Below are positions 24,624 to 36,053 of a stretch of 64,000 nt of DNA, one piece after another (positions within the stretch are counted from its first letter, which is position 1; each line of letters starts with the position of its first letter). Below the pieces are notes generated by a model that saw nothing but the letters and a program-made list of their open reading frames with translations, had not been told where the DNA came from and searched no databases. This stretch comes from Lytechinus pictus. Taxonomy: Eukaryota. The stretch covers positions 14,324,001-14,388,000 of the forward strand of contig NC_087263.1 of the NCBI RefSeq assembly GCF_037042905.1, written 5' to 3'. The translations under genes and the position numbers were made by a program.

Positions 24624-25605
24624 AGGGAAATTGACCAGGAGATGTGTAGTTGTTCTTCCCGTATCCTGTCAGTCTATAGCTCGAGGGGTTATGGGCCCCT
24701 TGCTTCGGAGAACCCCCACCGACCACATACATGAGCCATAATTCGCCATCTATTCTACCCCAAGCCTGGCCCAGAAGCGTCACCGACATGCGGGAACGGT
24801 ACTGAATGTCGTATTCTCGCCACCCGAATCCAGTATATTTATTAGCAGCTGATCTGATAAGGCTGCAGTATTTAAGTAAGGCCTGGGCCGAGTGACTGTG
24901 CGCCTCTAAGTAGACGCTCGCATATACCAGAAACGCGCTGGTCCACAACTCGATATTGGTAATCTTGTTTTTTGAGCTAGCCACAGGTTTCAAGAAAATT
25001 TGTTGACCATTCTGGACCATCGTGAACCCAAATTGTTCCTCCTGTGGCCCCATGGGCCGGGTGGACATCCCCTGATCACCAACTAGCCCATTTAGATCTA
25101 TATATTCACCTCTCCATATTTTTTCTTTGATGTTCTTGGGAATCGCAGCCCCTAATGCTTCCCCGTGTATTTGAGTTGGGTTAACACTCACTGGCCTATC
25201 ATTTAGTGCTGAAGCTTGGCCCTGGTTTGGATCTAGGCCTAAGTTCCGAGTCAAACTGGAGCTAGATCTAACGTTAGAATTACTGCTGTAACCGTCCTCG
25301 GAAAGGATACGACCTACAGGGGGACCTAGGTCACTAGGCCTAGTGTATGATGGTGGCACAATACTCGGAAATGACCCCATGGGAATGGGTGACACCACAT
25401 CACTCTCATCCCTAGCAGTCACGGCATTACCGATATTAGCTGTATCTGCACTAGTAATCACGTTAGTTGTAATAACAGCATCAGCAACCTCACCTGACAC
25501 GGGTAAATAACGTCTTGAATCCCCCAGTGCGAAGTTGAGAATGAGCACACGTTTGCAATTCTTCCAGCGGGTGCGCACGTCCCGAAATCGCTTGCTATAT
25601 TTCAT
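24391..25605 (-). CDS. Gag-like ORF1 of the Ngaro element, 404 aa
   Basis: IKEKIWRGEYIDL, WTSAFLVY, WREYDIQYR and C-terminal zinc-finger array CYELNFGPGVCNRQQCRFLHKCVACGIPGHGKVKC; start codon lies inside repeat A1. Confidence 0.88.
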   Translation of the reverse strand: MKYSKRFRDVRTRWKNCKRVLILNFALGDSRRYLPVSGEVADAVITTNVITSADTANIGNAVTARDESDVVSPIPMGSFPSIVPPSYTRPSDLGPPVGRILSEDGYSSNSNVRSSSSLTRNLGLDPNQGQASALNDRPVSVNPTQIHGEALGAAIPKNIKEKIWRGEYIDLNGLVGDQGMSTRPMGPQEEQFGFTMVQNGQQIFLKPVASSKNKITNIELWTSAFLVYASVYLEAHSHSAQALLKYCSLIRSAANKYTGFGWREYDIQYRSRMSVTLLGQAWGRIDGELWLMYVVGGGSPKQGAHNPSSYRLTGYGKNNYTSPGQFPFARQQAGGWRQNSDHRKVSSKRTPSASNVCYELNFGPGVCNRQQCRFLHKCVACGIPGHGKVKCPKFLQATGGQGQK

Positions 25606-25866
25606 TGGCTGTTCCCCGCATATAGGCGGAGCCTGCTCGGCAGTTGTTAAGCTATCACTAAGGACATTGCATTATGGGGCTAATGAGGCTGCTGTCGGCC
25701 AATCGCAGACCTGTTGTTGGGGGCGTGTCCTTGAAGATTTCCCGCGGAATACAAGCGCGCATTAATTGATCTTCACGGATTGTATGGAACGCTATTAGAT
25801 ACGTCTGCTGTAAGGACCTGCATTCTCTCACAAATGCGTCTATTCGCTAATTCGAATAATCGTATT
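25505..25866 (-). repeat. Ngaro repeat A1 (5' terminus; probable promoter)
   Basis: Matches A2; contains CCAAT boxes (25604-25608 on minus, ~25699 on plus) and GC boxes (ggcgga, gggggcgtgtc). Confidence 0.93.
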
Positions 25867-26670
25867 ATTTATAAATAATGGGATATTGAAACAAAATTAT
25901 TATTTATAAATAATGAAGTAGATATTTCATTATTTAACAAATAATCTTTATTTATAAATAATGGAAAACTCGAACATTAAATAATGATTATTTATAAATA
26001 ATGAGAATAATGGTGCACTCGAAAAAATTATTTATAAATAATGAAGTAGACGTTTTCATTATTTAACAAATAATCATTATTTATAAATAATGGAAAACTC
26101 AACAAATTATTTATAAATAATGAAAAACAAATAATCATTATTTATAAATAATGAAAAACAAATAATCATTATTTGTAAATAATGAAAAACAAATAATCAT
26201 TATTTATAAATAATGAAAAACAAATAATCATTATTTATAAATAATGAAAAACAAATAATCATTATTTATAAATAATGAAAAACAAATAATCATTATTTGT
26301 AAATAATGAAAAACAAATAATCATTATTTATAAATAATGAAAAACAAATAATCATTATTTGTAAATAATGAAAAACAAATAATCATTATTTATAAATAAT
26401 GAAAAACAAATAATCATTATTTATAAATAATGAAAAACAAATAATCATTATTTATAAATAATGAAAAACAAATAATCATTATTTATAAATAATGGAATGT
26501 CGAACTATTATTATTTACAAATAATGAAGTATTACTTGGAATTATATATAAATAATTAGAAATGATATTTTATATAATAGTAGTTATTTACAAATAAAAT
26601 GTAAATTATATATAAATAATAGTTATTATTTAATAAATAATGATTATATAACAAATAATTGTTCTATATA
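25867..26670. repeat. AT-rich minisatellite, 31-bp unit aaaaacaaataatcattatttataaataatg (right flank of Ngaro)
   Basis: About 12 regular copies at 26120-26495, each carrying the 18-bp palindrome cattatttataaataatg or a 1-nt variant. Confidence 0.93.
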
Positions 26671-26774
26671 ATATTGGTACATTCGGCGCCTCATAGATAC
26701 CGCGTATATAAGAACCCATCATCATAATGAACGGTATATCTTGTGACAGTTTATGTATCATTTACACTTATCAT

Positions 26775-27045
26775 CATTGGCGGCGGAAGCCAAAAAATTT
26801 AGGGAGGGGGTCCACCTGAACATTTTGGATGGATACAGGTAAAAAATTGGACAAGCAAAAAAAAAAGGTTATCAACCAAAATTTTAGGGGTGCGACCACA
26901 AAAATTTTAGGGGGGTCCACCTGAATTTAGGGGGGACTGCAGCAAACAAAATTGACAAGCAAAAAATAAATTAGGGGGGTCCTTCCCCCCACCTCAAATT
27001 TAGGGGGGACAGGAACCCCCCGTCCCCTCGCTTCCTCCGCCTATG
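26775..27045. mobile_element. hAT-like MITE
   Basis: TIR cattggcggcggaagc / gcttcctccgcctatg; 8-bp TSD cttatcat / cttaacat. Confidence 0.75.
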
Positions 27046-27550
27046 CTTAACATTTTTATATTTTAAGGAAATATTGAATAGGGACTTGATTTGAAGAAAA
27101 AAAAAAGAATAGCTGGAACTCTATTACCTGAAAGGAATCAATCTTCTACCGATAATAGGTACCTCCATGTTTCTTATGATGACACTGAACTTTGAAGAGG
27201 TCTTTCCAAGCTTAACTGGGATGGGAGCTCGAGCTGCTGTGACACTAAATGCAACTGTGTTAGATTTCTATTCATATAAAATAAATAAATAAATAAAGAG
27301 GGAGGATTAAAAACGGAATTAAAAACAGAATTAAAAGATAAAGAGAGAATACGAAGAAGGAAATTAAAGAAACGAGAGAGAATCAAAATGAGGGCGTGGG
27401 GTTTAAAGGGAAGGCAGAATAAAAAGACGAGAGAGAGAAAATCAGAACTAAGAGATTCGAACAGGGGAAATGAAAACGAGATAATGATAAAATATTTGAC
27501 ATCAAGGTAATACCTAGTATTCGACTTAAAATCTGCTACCTACCGACTCT

Positions 27551-27702
27551 TATGCTGCAGTCACATTTCCCCTACCGTGCCGCACGGCGGGTCGAAAACA
27601 GTCGTTTACTAATTTTATTCAAATCCCCATATGGTACAAAAATGTTAAAACGGCTGTTTTCGACATATACGGCGGCCATGGGGGAAATGTGACTGCGCCA
27701 TA
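27551..27702. mobile_element. Short palindromic MITE-like element
   Basis: gcagtcacatttcccc ... ggggaaatgtgactgc outer arms; tcgaaaacag / ctgttttcga inner arms. Confidence 0.6.
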
Positions 27703-28321
27703 AGAAACTCATAGATGTTTGCCTGACCATGGTCCTATGAAGAGGTGGACATTCATCGCTTAGATAATGAATTCACTAACAGGTGACTGTAATTGTCATC
27801 TGAATAACATTTTCTTCATACTAGTCTTCTTTGGTCCTATGATCGTCACCGTGAGACGGGACTGAAGCAGTTCGTGATCATGGTGATTGGACATTTATAT
27901 TTCACAAATTATATGCGCAGTTGATAACAAATCAATGAAATAATGGAAAAGTATTTACCTTTGTTAATCTTAGTTCCATGTGATTTATTTTGGGGAATGT
28001 TTGCATATTTTAATATATATAGAGGCAATTAATATTGTGATTGATTGTTTACCATTTAAAATTCAATTTTTCCAAGTTTCTCCAAAATATTCTAGATACA
28101 CGTGTGTATCTCTCAATGTTATTGAGGTCCTTATGTGTGAGCGGTAGTTAGCGGATCAAATAATATCATATTTTATATCATAAAAATTGTCTGCTTCTCA
28201 AGTTTGCTGCTCCATACATGAAGCATGTTGACTGAAAGGCACATGCTGAAACAGGGTATCAGCCAACAAAAATCAAGACCGGGAAACTGTTCCGTCTTTG
28301 AGTGATCAATACCCTTGGTAG

Positions 28322-28508
28322 CACTAGCGTACCTACGGGGGGGGGGGCAGAGGGCAGAGGGGCAGTCTGCCCCCCCCCCCTGACGAGCCACCACCCATGC
28401 AAAGCCACCACCCATGCATGTATCCCTGCCCCCCTGACGAGCTTGAAAGACCTTTTGCCCCCCCCCCCCCCCTGACGAAAATTCTGGAAAATCCTAGGTA
28501 CGCCAGTG
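28322..28508 (+). mobile_element. hAT-like MITE
   Basis: TIR cactagcgtaccta / taggtacgccagtg; perfect 8-bp TSD cttggtag; relative at 34168-34502. Confidence 0.85.
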
Positions 28509-28916
28509 CTTGGTAGTCATGGTAATTGCTATTGTAACAACACCTGTATACATGTTCTCATTAAGATGCGCATAACCAGGTGACGGTGACTAGCATTGGA
28601 TCAAAGAAATCCTCGCGTTAATTAATCGTCCATCGTTTCATAGGTCCATGGCCTGACATAGCGACATATTAACGAGGCAAACTGGTATTCCAATTAAAAT
28701 CAAGTATCATTACATTATGAAAGGCGGCTGATCGTCTCTAATTAAGGTACCCGTTTCGTAGTTGAAAGATGCAATATGCCCTGTAGTCCCTAAATATAGT
28801 CTATATTTATTCATGGTGCATCCAACCTAATTCATGCAGTATAGAAATTAAAAACTATTCATGAAGCGCCTCGTTACTTTGCTAGTAGATGATCAATTAC
28901 CTTCTCCATAACTTAA

Positions 28917-29225
28917 AGGGATGGTCAGGGCTGAAAATATTTATATCTAAATAAATAGAGTAAAATTCACAGAGCAAAATGCTGTAAATTTCATCAAAAT
29001 CGGATAACAAATAACGAGGTTATTGAATTTAAAAGTTTATCAATATTTTGTGAAAACAGTTATATGCACATCATCATGAATATTCATTAGGTGGGCTGAT
29101 GATGTCACATCCCCTCTTTCCTTTTTCTTATGATATTACATGAAATCATAAATGTCTCATTTTTTCATACATGTGGAAGTAATGTGTCTCCATTATGATG
29201 ACATAAGTTGCGGCAGTAAATAACT
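28917..29225 (+). mobile_element. Truncated Kolobok/T2-like MITE fragment
   Basis: TTAA|AGGGATGGTC start; similar sequence in reverse orientation at ~45710-46035. Confidence 0.55.
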
Positions 29226-30971
29226 TTGTTTTCCTATATAAATGCCCTACCCATGTTAAATCAACACCGGTATTTCGCATTTTGCAGTGTATCTGATGAA
29301 AAATTAGGCTTACCTGTCACAAAATCGTCGGCTGTCACGTCAGGTACGGATGGATCCCGAGCGCATCTTGGCGACATCCAACAGTATAACAGAGAGCCGC
29401 ATGCATCTCCACATCAGCTTATCACTTGTATTTTTATTTGAACTACCCCAAACAAAAGCAGATCGAATCCAGAACCAACCTCGGAAATGAGATTAACTTA
29501 ATCGTAGCCTCCGGGATTAGAATGGGGAATGACAATAAGGATTCACCCTTGGCGTACTATCCCCCTTCCCCCTCCCCCACATTCCTTCAGAGAGAATATT
29601 TGGACAAAATTGTCAAGTCTTAATAAACCTACTTCTTATACAATTAGGCGTAAATGTTCACATCTGAATGGTACGCGCCTTAAACACCAACTTATTTAAC
29701 AACAGGAGATCTGAGGATACAATGGACAAACAATCGGGTTGTTTAACACGATCGAGAAGTGTCCTGTTGACAAAACTGGGACGTTTATAGCTTGGTGATA
29801 AGTAGGCTTTTGTTCGTAACCACTGGCCGGTATTCAAATTGGAAATCAAGCCTAATGGGATATGTTTAACAAGCACTGTCAACTACTGTGCTGTCTCGAC
29901 CGTAACAGAACGATGTGGGATTCCATAACAGAATAGCGAGTTTTCGCAACAGCTACGTGGACGCTTTCTGGAACGTAGAGAATCTATTGTCAATTACCCT
30001 TCATACCATAGAGTCTTTGTCGAGGGTCGATAAATGTAAACAGCAGTTTCGTTTGTGACTCCGGACAAACGACATAATTATTTTCGATTTTTCGTCAGCT
30101 CTGAAACGTCGGACGAAGCTGCTGTTCCGATTCACCGACCCTCGTCTCGACAAAGACTTCATTGTGATTTTGCGATTTATCTTGAATTTTCAATGCTTTA
30201 TTGACTGAGTTGTAGGATTCATTCCTAGTCGCTATGCGAGAACTCGACGGTGCGCCGATTTCTTACGAAATTTAGGCACCCCCCCCCCCCCCGCGATTGT
30301 GTGAAGAAAGGAAGTGACGTGCAACAATTGATTTTACACTCTTTACCGGACAGTAGAATGTCATTTTTCAGACTTGAATTTCTATTCCGACCTCCAAAAC
30401 TTTGCCATGTGCAAGTAATTTCATTTATTTTTTATTTATTCATTAAGTTTTAATTATCTGATTTTTTATGCAGGAAGTGCAGGAAGTTTATGCATATGAT
30501 ATACACACACTAACAAAATATTTGAATTCTATGCATTTTCATTATAAATCTGATACTTTTTGCCCCCCCCCCCCCCCCGCCCCTCTTTCCGGGTGCGAGA
30601 AGAAGAAAAAACAATCTTTTGAACTTTGGGAAATGCTTATAGATGTGATTTCCGCCATAAACAGAGCCACACAACTCTACAAATGCTGCCTTTGTCGGTC
30701 CATTACTCAGTATAAATGGAATTGAATGGAGAGACCGATTACACTTTCCGCATCGACTCTCCTATTCTATAAATCATTTGACTTTGCAATAATAATCTGA
30801 TTATTGGTTCAAGGATCAATCATAATCAGTTTACCTACGGAGCCAAAGAAGATTTAACCTTTGTGAAAATAAAGAAAATCACCCACAAACAATTAGTCTA
30901 CAATCGCGAAGACCCCCTGTCGAGCTTTGATAATTGTGCTTGTTTGAAACTTTTATTCTCTTAAAAACTTT

Positions 30972-31282
30972 GGCCCGTATTCTGAAGTCGGGTTTAACTT
31001 AAACTCAGGTTTAAAGTTGTGGTTTAAGTATGGGAAGCCAAAAGTATCAAAATTTTTATTAAGATGTATGTTTCTTATGTTTACTGTGCTCTTTCCTGAT
31101 TCATTGATGGTGAAGACAATCATCTATTTATACTTCCTAGACAATTATGAATGATTTGAGAGCCAAATGAGCTGAAGTATGATATCTCTCCTGTTAGTGA
31201 TTTATTGAACAATTGGCTATCCATACTTAAACCACAACTTTAAACCTGGGTTTAAGTTAAACCTGCCATCAGAATACTGGGC
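30972..31282. mobile_element. Harbinger-like MITE sharing the ggcccgtattc terminus with 7538-10347
   Basis: Arms ggtttaacttaaactcaggtttaaagttgtggtttaagtatgg / ccatacttaaaccacaactttaaacctgggtttaagttaaacc. Confidence 0.7.
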
Positions 31283-32109
31283 TTTATCTTTTATTTCCTT
31301 CTATGACCGATTTTTTAATATAATTTATGTATATTGTTGACCTTTGACTGATCAACAATCACATAGTTTATTTTGAAAGAATAAAGCCCGTCCTTATTAT
31401 TTTTTTTGGGGGGGGCTAGGTCTTTTTGTCAAAAAAAAACGTAGTTATCATAGACAAATATAATGGAACGACATTCCTCGTAAAACGGGAAAGCCAAAGG
31501 TGGGGGGGGGGGGTAAAAAAATCATCTTAAAAAAGAGAAAACAATGCGGATCGCAATCCCTAATTTTTTCATTTACTTTTATTCAATAAATTGCCAGGAA
31601 TCACCTATACTCATGCAGTTCATAAATTTAAGTATACCTTTTTCTCTTCAGAATTTTTCTGCGTATGTTTTATTTAAGTAAATGAACATAAATACTTTTT
31701 CTTCAGACTGGGCTTTCTCTATGTGAAAATGCCTAATTCTGTTTATATAAGGCTTGAATATTGGAATTACCTTGAAGGGGGATAAAACCTTTGGAAGATG
31801 TAATTAGATTTTGTAAAAGTAGAAAAATTAGATAACGGAAGTTTGTGTAAAATTGGATATCCAAGCTTCCGAAATTCATTTTTTGGAAATAAATACAAGG
31901 AATCACTTTTATTCAGAGCGGCACATAGCCGTGTGTCCTCATTACAAAACCCGTATGGGTAATACGTCATCAATAGACGTATTAATGACACTATATACAC
32001 ACTTCGAGATTGTTTTTGCTTGCTCTTTATCTTCTGCTCAAGACTGCTATAAACATGATAAACCAGTGTGATTACCAGCCTCATTTCCGATTTATAATTC
32101 AAACATTTG

Positions 32110-32780
32110 TCATTTGCCTTCATTATTTGGTTCTTTTTTGTTGTTGCTTTCTTTCTATCTATATTTTACTTTTCTGTCTTTCTTTCGTCTTTTTCTTTTG
32201 CTCTTTTTTCCTTCCTTTCTCCTTCCTTGCATTTCTTTCATTCTTGCTATTTGTTCTTCTTTCTTTCTCTCTCTCTTTCTTTCTTTCTTCCTTCCTTCCT
32301 TCCTTTCTTTCTTTCTTTCTTTCTCTCTTTCTTTCTTTCCTTCTTTCTCTCTTTCTTTCTCTCTTTATTTCTCTCTCTTTTTCTTTCTTTCTTTTATTTC
32401 TTCCTTTCTTTCTGTCTTTATTTCGCTCTCTCTTTCTATCTTTCTTTCTTTTTTTGTTTACTTTTGTTCTTTTTTCTTCTTTTATTTCTTTCGTCTTTTT
32501 CCATAAAAGTTTCCTTTATTTTTGTTCTTTCCTTCTTTCTGTCTTCCTTCCTCTATTCCTTGCATTCTTTCTTTCTTTATTTATTTTGGTTCTTTCCTTC
32601 TTTCTGTTATTTCTTTCATTCATTACTTTTTTTCTTTTTTTTCTCTTTTTTCTTTCTTCGTTTGTCTTTCTTTCTTTATTTTTGTTCTTTCCTTCTTTCT
32701 GTTCTTTCTTTCTTGTTTATTTCTTTCTTTCTGTCCGTCTTTATCTTTCTGTCTTTCTTTCATTCATTCTTTCTTTCTAC
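32110..32780. repeat. Degenerate (TTTC)n polypyrimidine tract
   Basis: Almost only T and C; generates spurious F/L/S-rich ORFs. Confidence 0.95.
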
Positions 32781-34167
32781 TATCGTTTGGGTTTATGACT
32801 TTGGATTCATGAAAAATCAACACCATTTTACACAAGCGCGTCGTTGATTCTTTTAATCATCAACTAAAGTGTCACAAAACACTTCAAAAAGTTCAAGGTA
32901 TCAACTTTTTAACACCATCGAGATAATTATGAAATCCACATACGTCGGTGCAGTCTTCTTTTGTTTGTTTGTTTTACTTATCACCATTCAACCAAAACAA
33001 AAATTGACAGAATATAGTTTTACTAGTACATTACTAACAATACATATATTAGTATTACTAAACAGAAAACAAAATGTGTTTGAAGTGCAGAGTCCCTCAA
33101 ATAACCGTTCGTAAGTAATTCGCTTAAGTAAAACATGGCTCGAAATAAACATAAAAACAAAGAAAAGCAAAGCTAATATAATGCCCCAATAGCATATTAA
33201 GATGTGTTTGCATCTTAAATTTAATCAAAGCTCTATGTACCTCAATTCATTATGAACATTACTTTGAAGAAATTAAGAGTATTCTAAAAGAAAAATAAAC
33301 TTGTCGTATTTTCTTTGAACTGTTACTAATTCGTGTTGGTAGTGAATTCCACATGCTAGGTTATATTTCATATTTACACACGTTACATTAAATTAACACC
33401 ATCGAGTCAACCCCAATAGAAAAGTTGTTTTGAATAAATTATAAAATCAAACGATCATAATGCTAAACTTTTATTAGAATCCTTGGTAAATTGGTAATGC
33501 TATCATGATGACATTTAAAATTTCGCTCATAAAATATACATGTATGTAGGGTATGCTCCAAGACCTGGTGACAAATATGTTATGAAAAGGAGAATCGATG
33601 ATGTCACACACTATTTTTGTAACCTTATTGGATAAAAATGAATAAAATATAAATTCTGGAGATATATAAGTAACCTGTTTACTATGACAAAATACATTGT
33701 AATAATGTCAATCCCTTATCAGGAACGAACCCAACCTTGTTTCAAATGACTAGTATATAAATTAAAAAAAATGATCAGAGTTAGTTTCCTATTTGCATAC
33801 TGATTAACATGATCACTGTAAGGCGAAACTTTAAAATGTCACCCAAATGTCATAACAACTTTTTGTTGTCATCGGGCTTTGGGGATTTTTTTTCAGCATT
33901 ATGCTTGCCTGATTTTAGGCCAAAATACAAATCATTCTTTAATGTTATTATATTATTCGGTGTTTTACACAAACATACATCAAGGCAGACTCATGACATA
34001 TGTTCATAAAATGATACTGATATAACTGGTGGAAACCTGTATGCCTAGCTACCTGTCACGGTTTCAAGTCGTACATCGTCGTCTCTCCAGTTACAATGAG
34101 CAGTTCAAGAGAGCCATTATGGAAGCCAGCGAGCAATTGGCAGTGATCTTTTTTAAAAACTTGCACA

Positions 34168-34502
34168 CAGTGACGTACCTGGGATTTTTCACAGGGGGGG
34201 GCAAAACCGTCCACCAAAAAAATTTGACAAGCCCCCCCCCCAAAAAAAAAAAGGTCTTCAATCACAAATGAAGGATTCCGTACCAGAAAAAAAAATTTGA
34301 AAAGCAAAAAAAAAAAAAAAAAAAAAAAGGTTATCAAACACAAATGAAGGATTTCGTACCAGAAAAAAATTTTTAAAGCAAAAAAAAAAGGGTCTTCAAG
34401 CTCGTCAGGGGGGGCAGGGATACGTCCTTTGCATGGGTTGTGGCTCGTCAGGGGGGCAGACTGCCCCCTCTGCCCCCCCCCCCCCCCGTAGGTACGCTAG
34501 TG
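34168..34502 (-). mobile_element. hAT-like MITE (family of 28322-28508)
   Basis: cagtgacgtacct ... taggtacgctagtg; perfect 8-bp TSD cttgcaca. Confidence 0.85.
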
Positions 34503-35651
34503 CTTGCACATCATGTACACACTTTAAAAAGGCACAAATCACAACGCATCACCGACCTTCATTCAGTAATAAGTGTTGCTGAATTAGGTGTTAAGTTGAC
34601 GAATATGTGGTTTTTACCATGTTCTTGTATTGTGGTATAGGCCTAGTTAATACATTTCGTGGATTAATCTGCCAATTAAGGGACTCTTTATTACATTATT
34701 TATGATGGATTTTGTCTACTGTTTTGTTGGAAATGAGAAAAAATAAAACTGAAACTGAAACTAAAACTCTTCCCATTTGTTGTATCTTATATCTGGTGAT
34801 ATTCTTAATTAACGAATAAAATAAATTAATCAATCAGTTAATGAGAACCACCTTGAAAGCATAGGCCTATAATAGCCGATGGACATTCAGCTTAAGGCTA
34901 TTTGAAATCGAATTACCCCAAAAGATGCTCACTGAAATCTACAACCAACACTGGAGATAAGATGTGACATCAACTGAACCTTTTAGGGTACTCCAGGCCG
35001 GGACTCCAGGCTGAAAAGAATATGATTTAAACAGATATAAAGTAAATCATACAACCAAAACATTGAAGATTTCATGATCCGACAAGGAATAACAAAAGAG
35101 CTATAATTGGCATTATTTTGGTGATACAGTGCTATGCAGATCGTTATGAATATGAAATGAGCAAGCTGATGATATCATTTCCCCCACTTGATATTTTGTC
35201 TTTTGTTATAACATGATATTACACTTGATCACGGACCGAGAATGAAAAATTGGATTGGCAACTGATTTAATGTGTATAGATAATCATATATTGCTGTAAC
35301 TTGTTTTGTTACAAATAAGCGAGACATCATACATACATTTCAAAATATCAGTAAAATAGTCATGATTTTATGGAGGCCCTAATAACAATATTACACATTC
35401 AAAATGTTTGGCAACATACTGTCCACTGTGTTTGGGCATGTTGGTAAAAAATATGCATATTCTGGACAATTATTATCCAATTGAGCAAAGTTATTATACC
35501 CAATTATTAATACCCAATTTGGGCAGATTTTAACCAATAGTTGTGTGAACAGTATGATGCCCAGGGTGGGTTAAAAGTTGGGCATTTTTTGCCCAAATAT
35601 TTTAAGAGTGTAGGAAAAGCCCACCAATTGAATATTCAAGACGACATGTAC

Positions 35652-35871
35652 CAACGTTGCCAGAACTGGCATAATTATGCTTTCTGGCATAATTTCGACC
35701 CTTTCAGCATAAATCATTATGCCGGCATAATTCTGGAATAATTAGACCTTTTTTCTGGCATAATTTAGACGGGCTTTCAGCATAATTTGGGGCATAATTA
35801 GGCTTTTTAAGCAAAGAATCTGGCATAATAATAGCATATGTAGCATAATTTTGATCTATTAGAAGATTGAC

Positions 35872-35906
<35 letters not shown>

Positions 35907-36053
35907 TGTCAATTTTTTTTGGCGGACGCTTTTGCCCCCCCCCCCCCTGTGGAAAATCTTAGGGTCCAAAACGGTTTGGCATAATTTTTCGCGATTTAGC
36001 ATAATTTCGCTGCTCCTCTGGCATAATTTGATTTTTTTTCACTGGCCACACTG
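35652..36053. mobile_element. hAT-like MITE with gcataat subterminal repeats
   Basis: caacgttgccag / ctggccacactg; TSD acatgtac / tcatgtac; >10 gcataat motifs. Confidence 0.7.

Larger units (their letters stand above)
18631..25866 (-). mobile_element. Full-length Ngaro-type tyrosine recombinase retrotransposon (DIRS order), 7236 bp
   Basis: gag, RT/RNase H, tyrosine recombinase and SGNH hydrolase frames on minus strand; split direct repeats A1 25505-25866, B1 20050-20706, A2 19691-20052, B2 18631-19287; no methyltransferase domain and no inverted terminal repeats, unlike DIRS1-like elements. Confidence 0.96.

Noticed and set aside
32010..32847. Long hydrophobic ORFs (262, 246, 130 aa) as membrane proteins
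   Set aside because: Artefact of a stop-poor T/C microsatellite open in several frames
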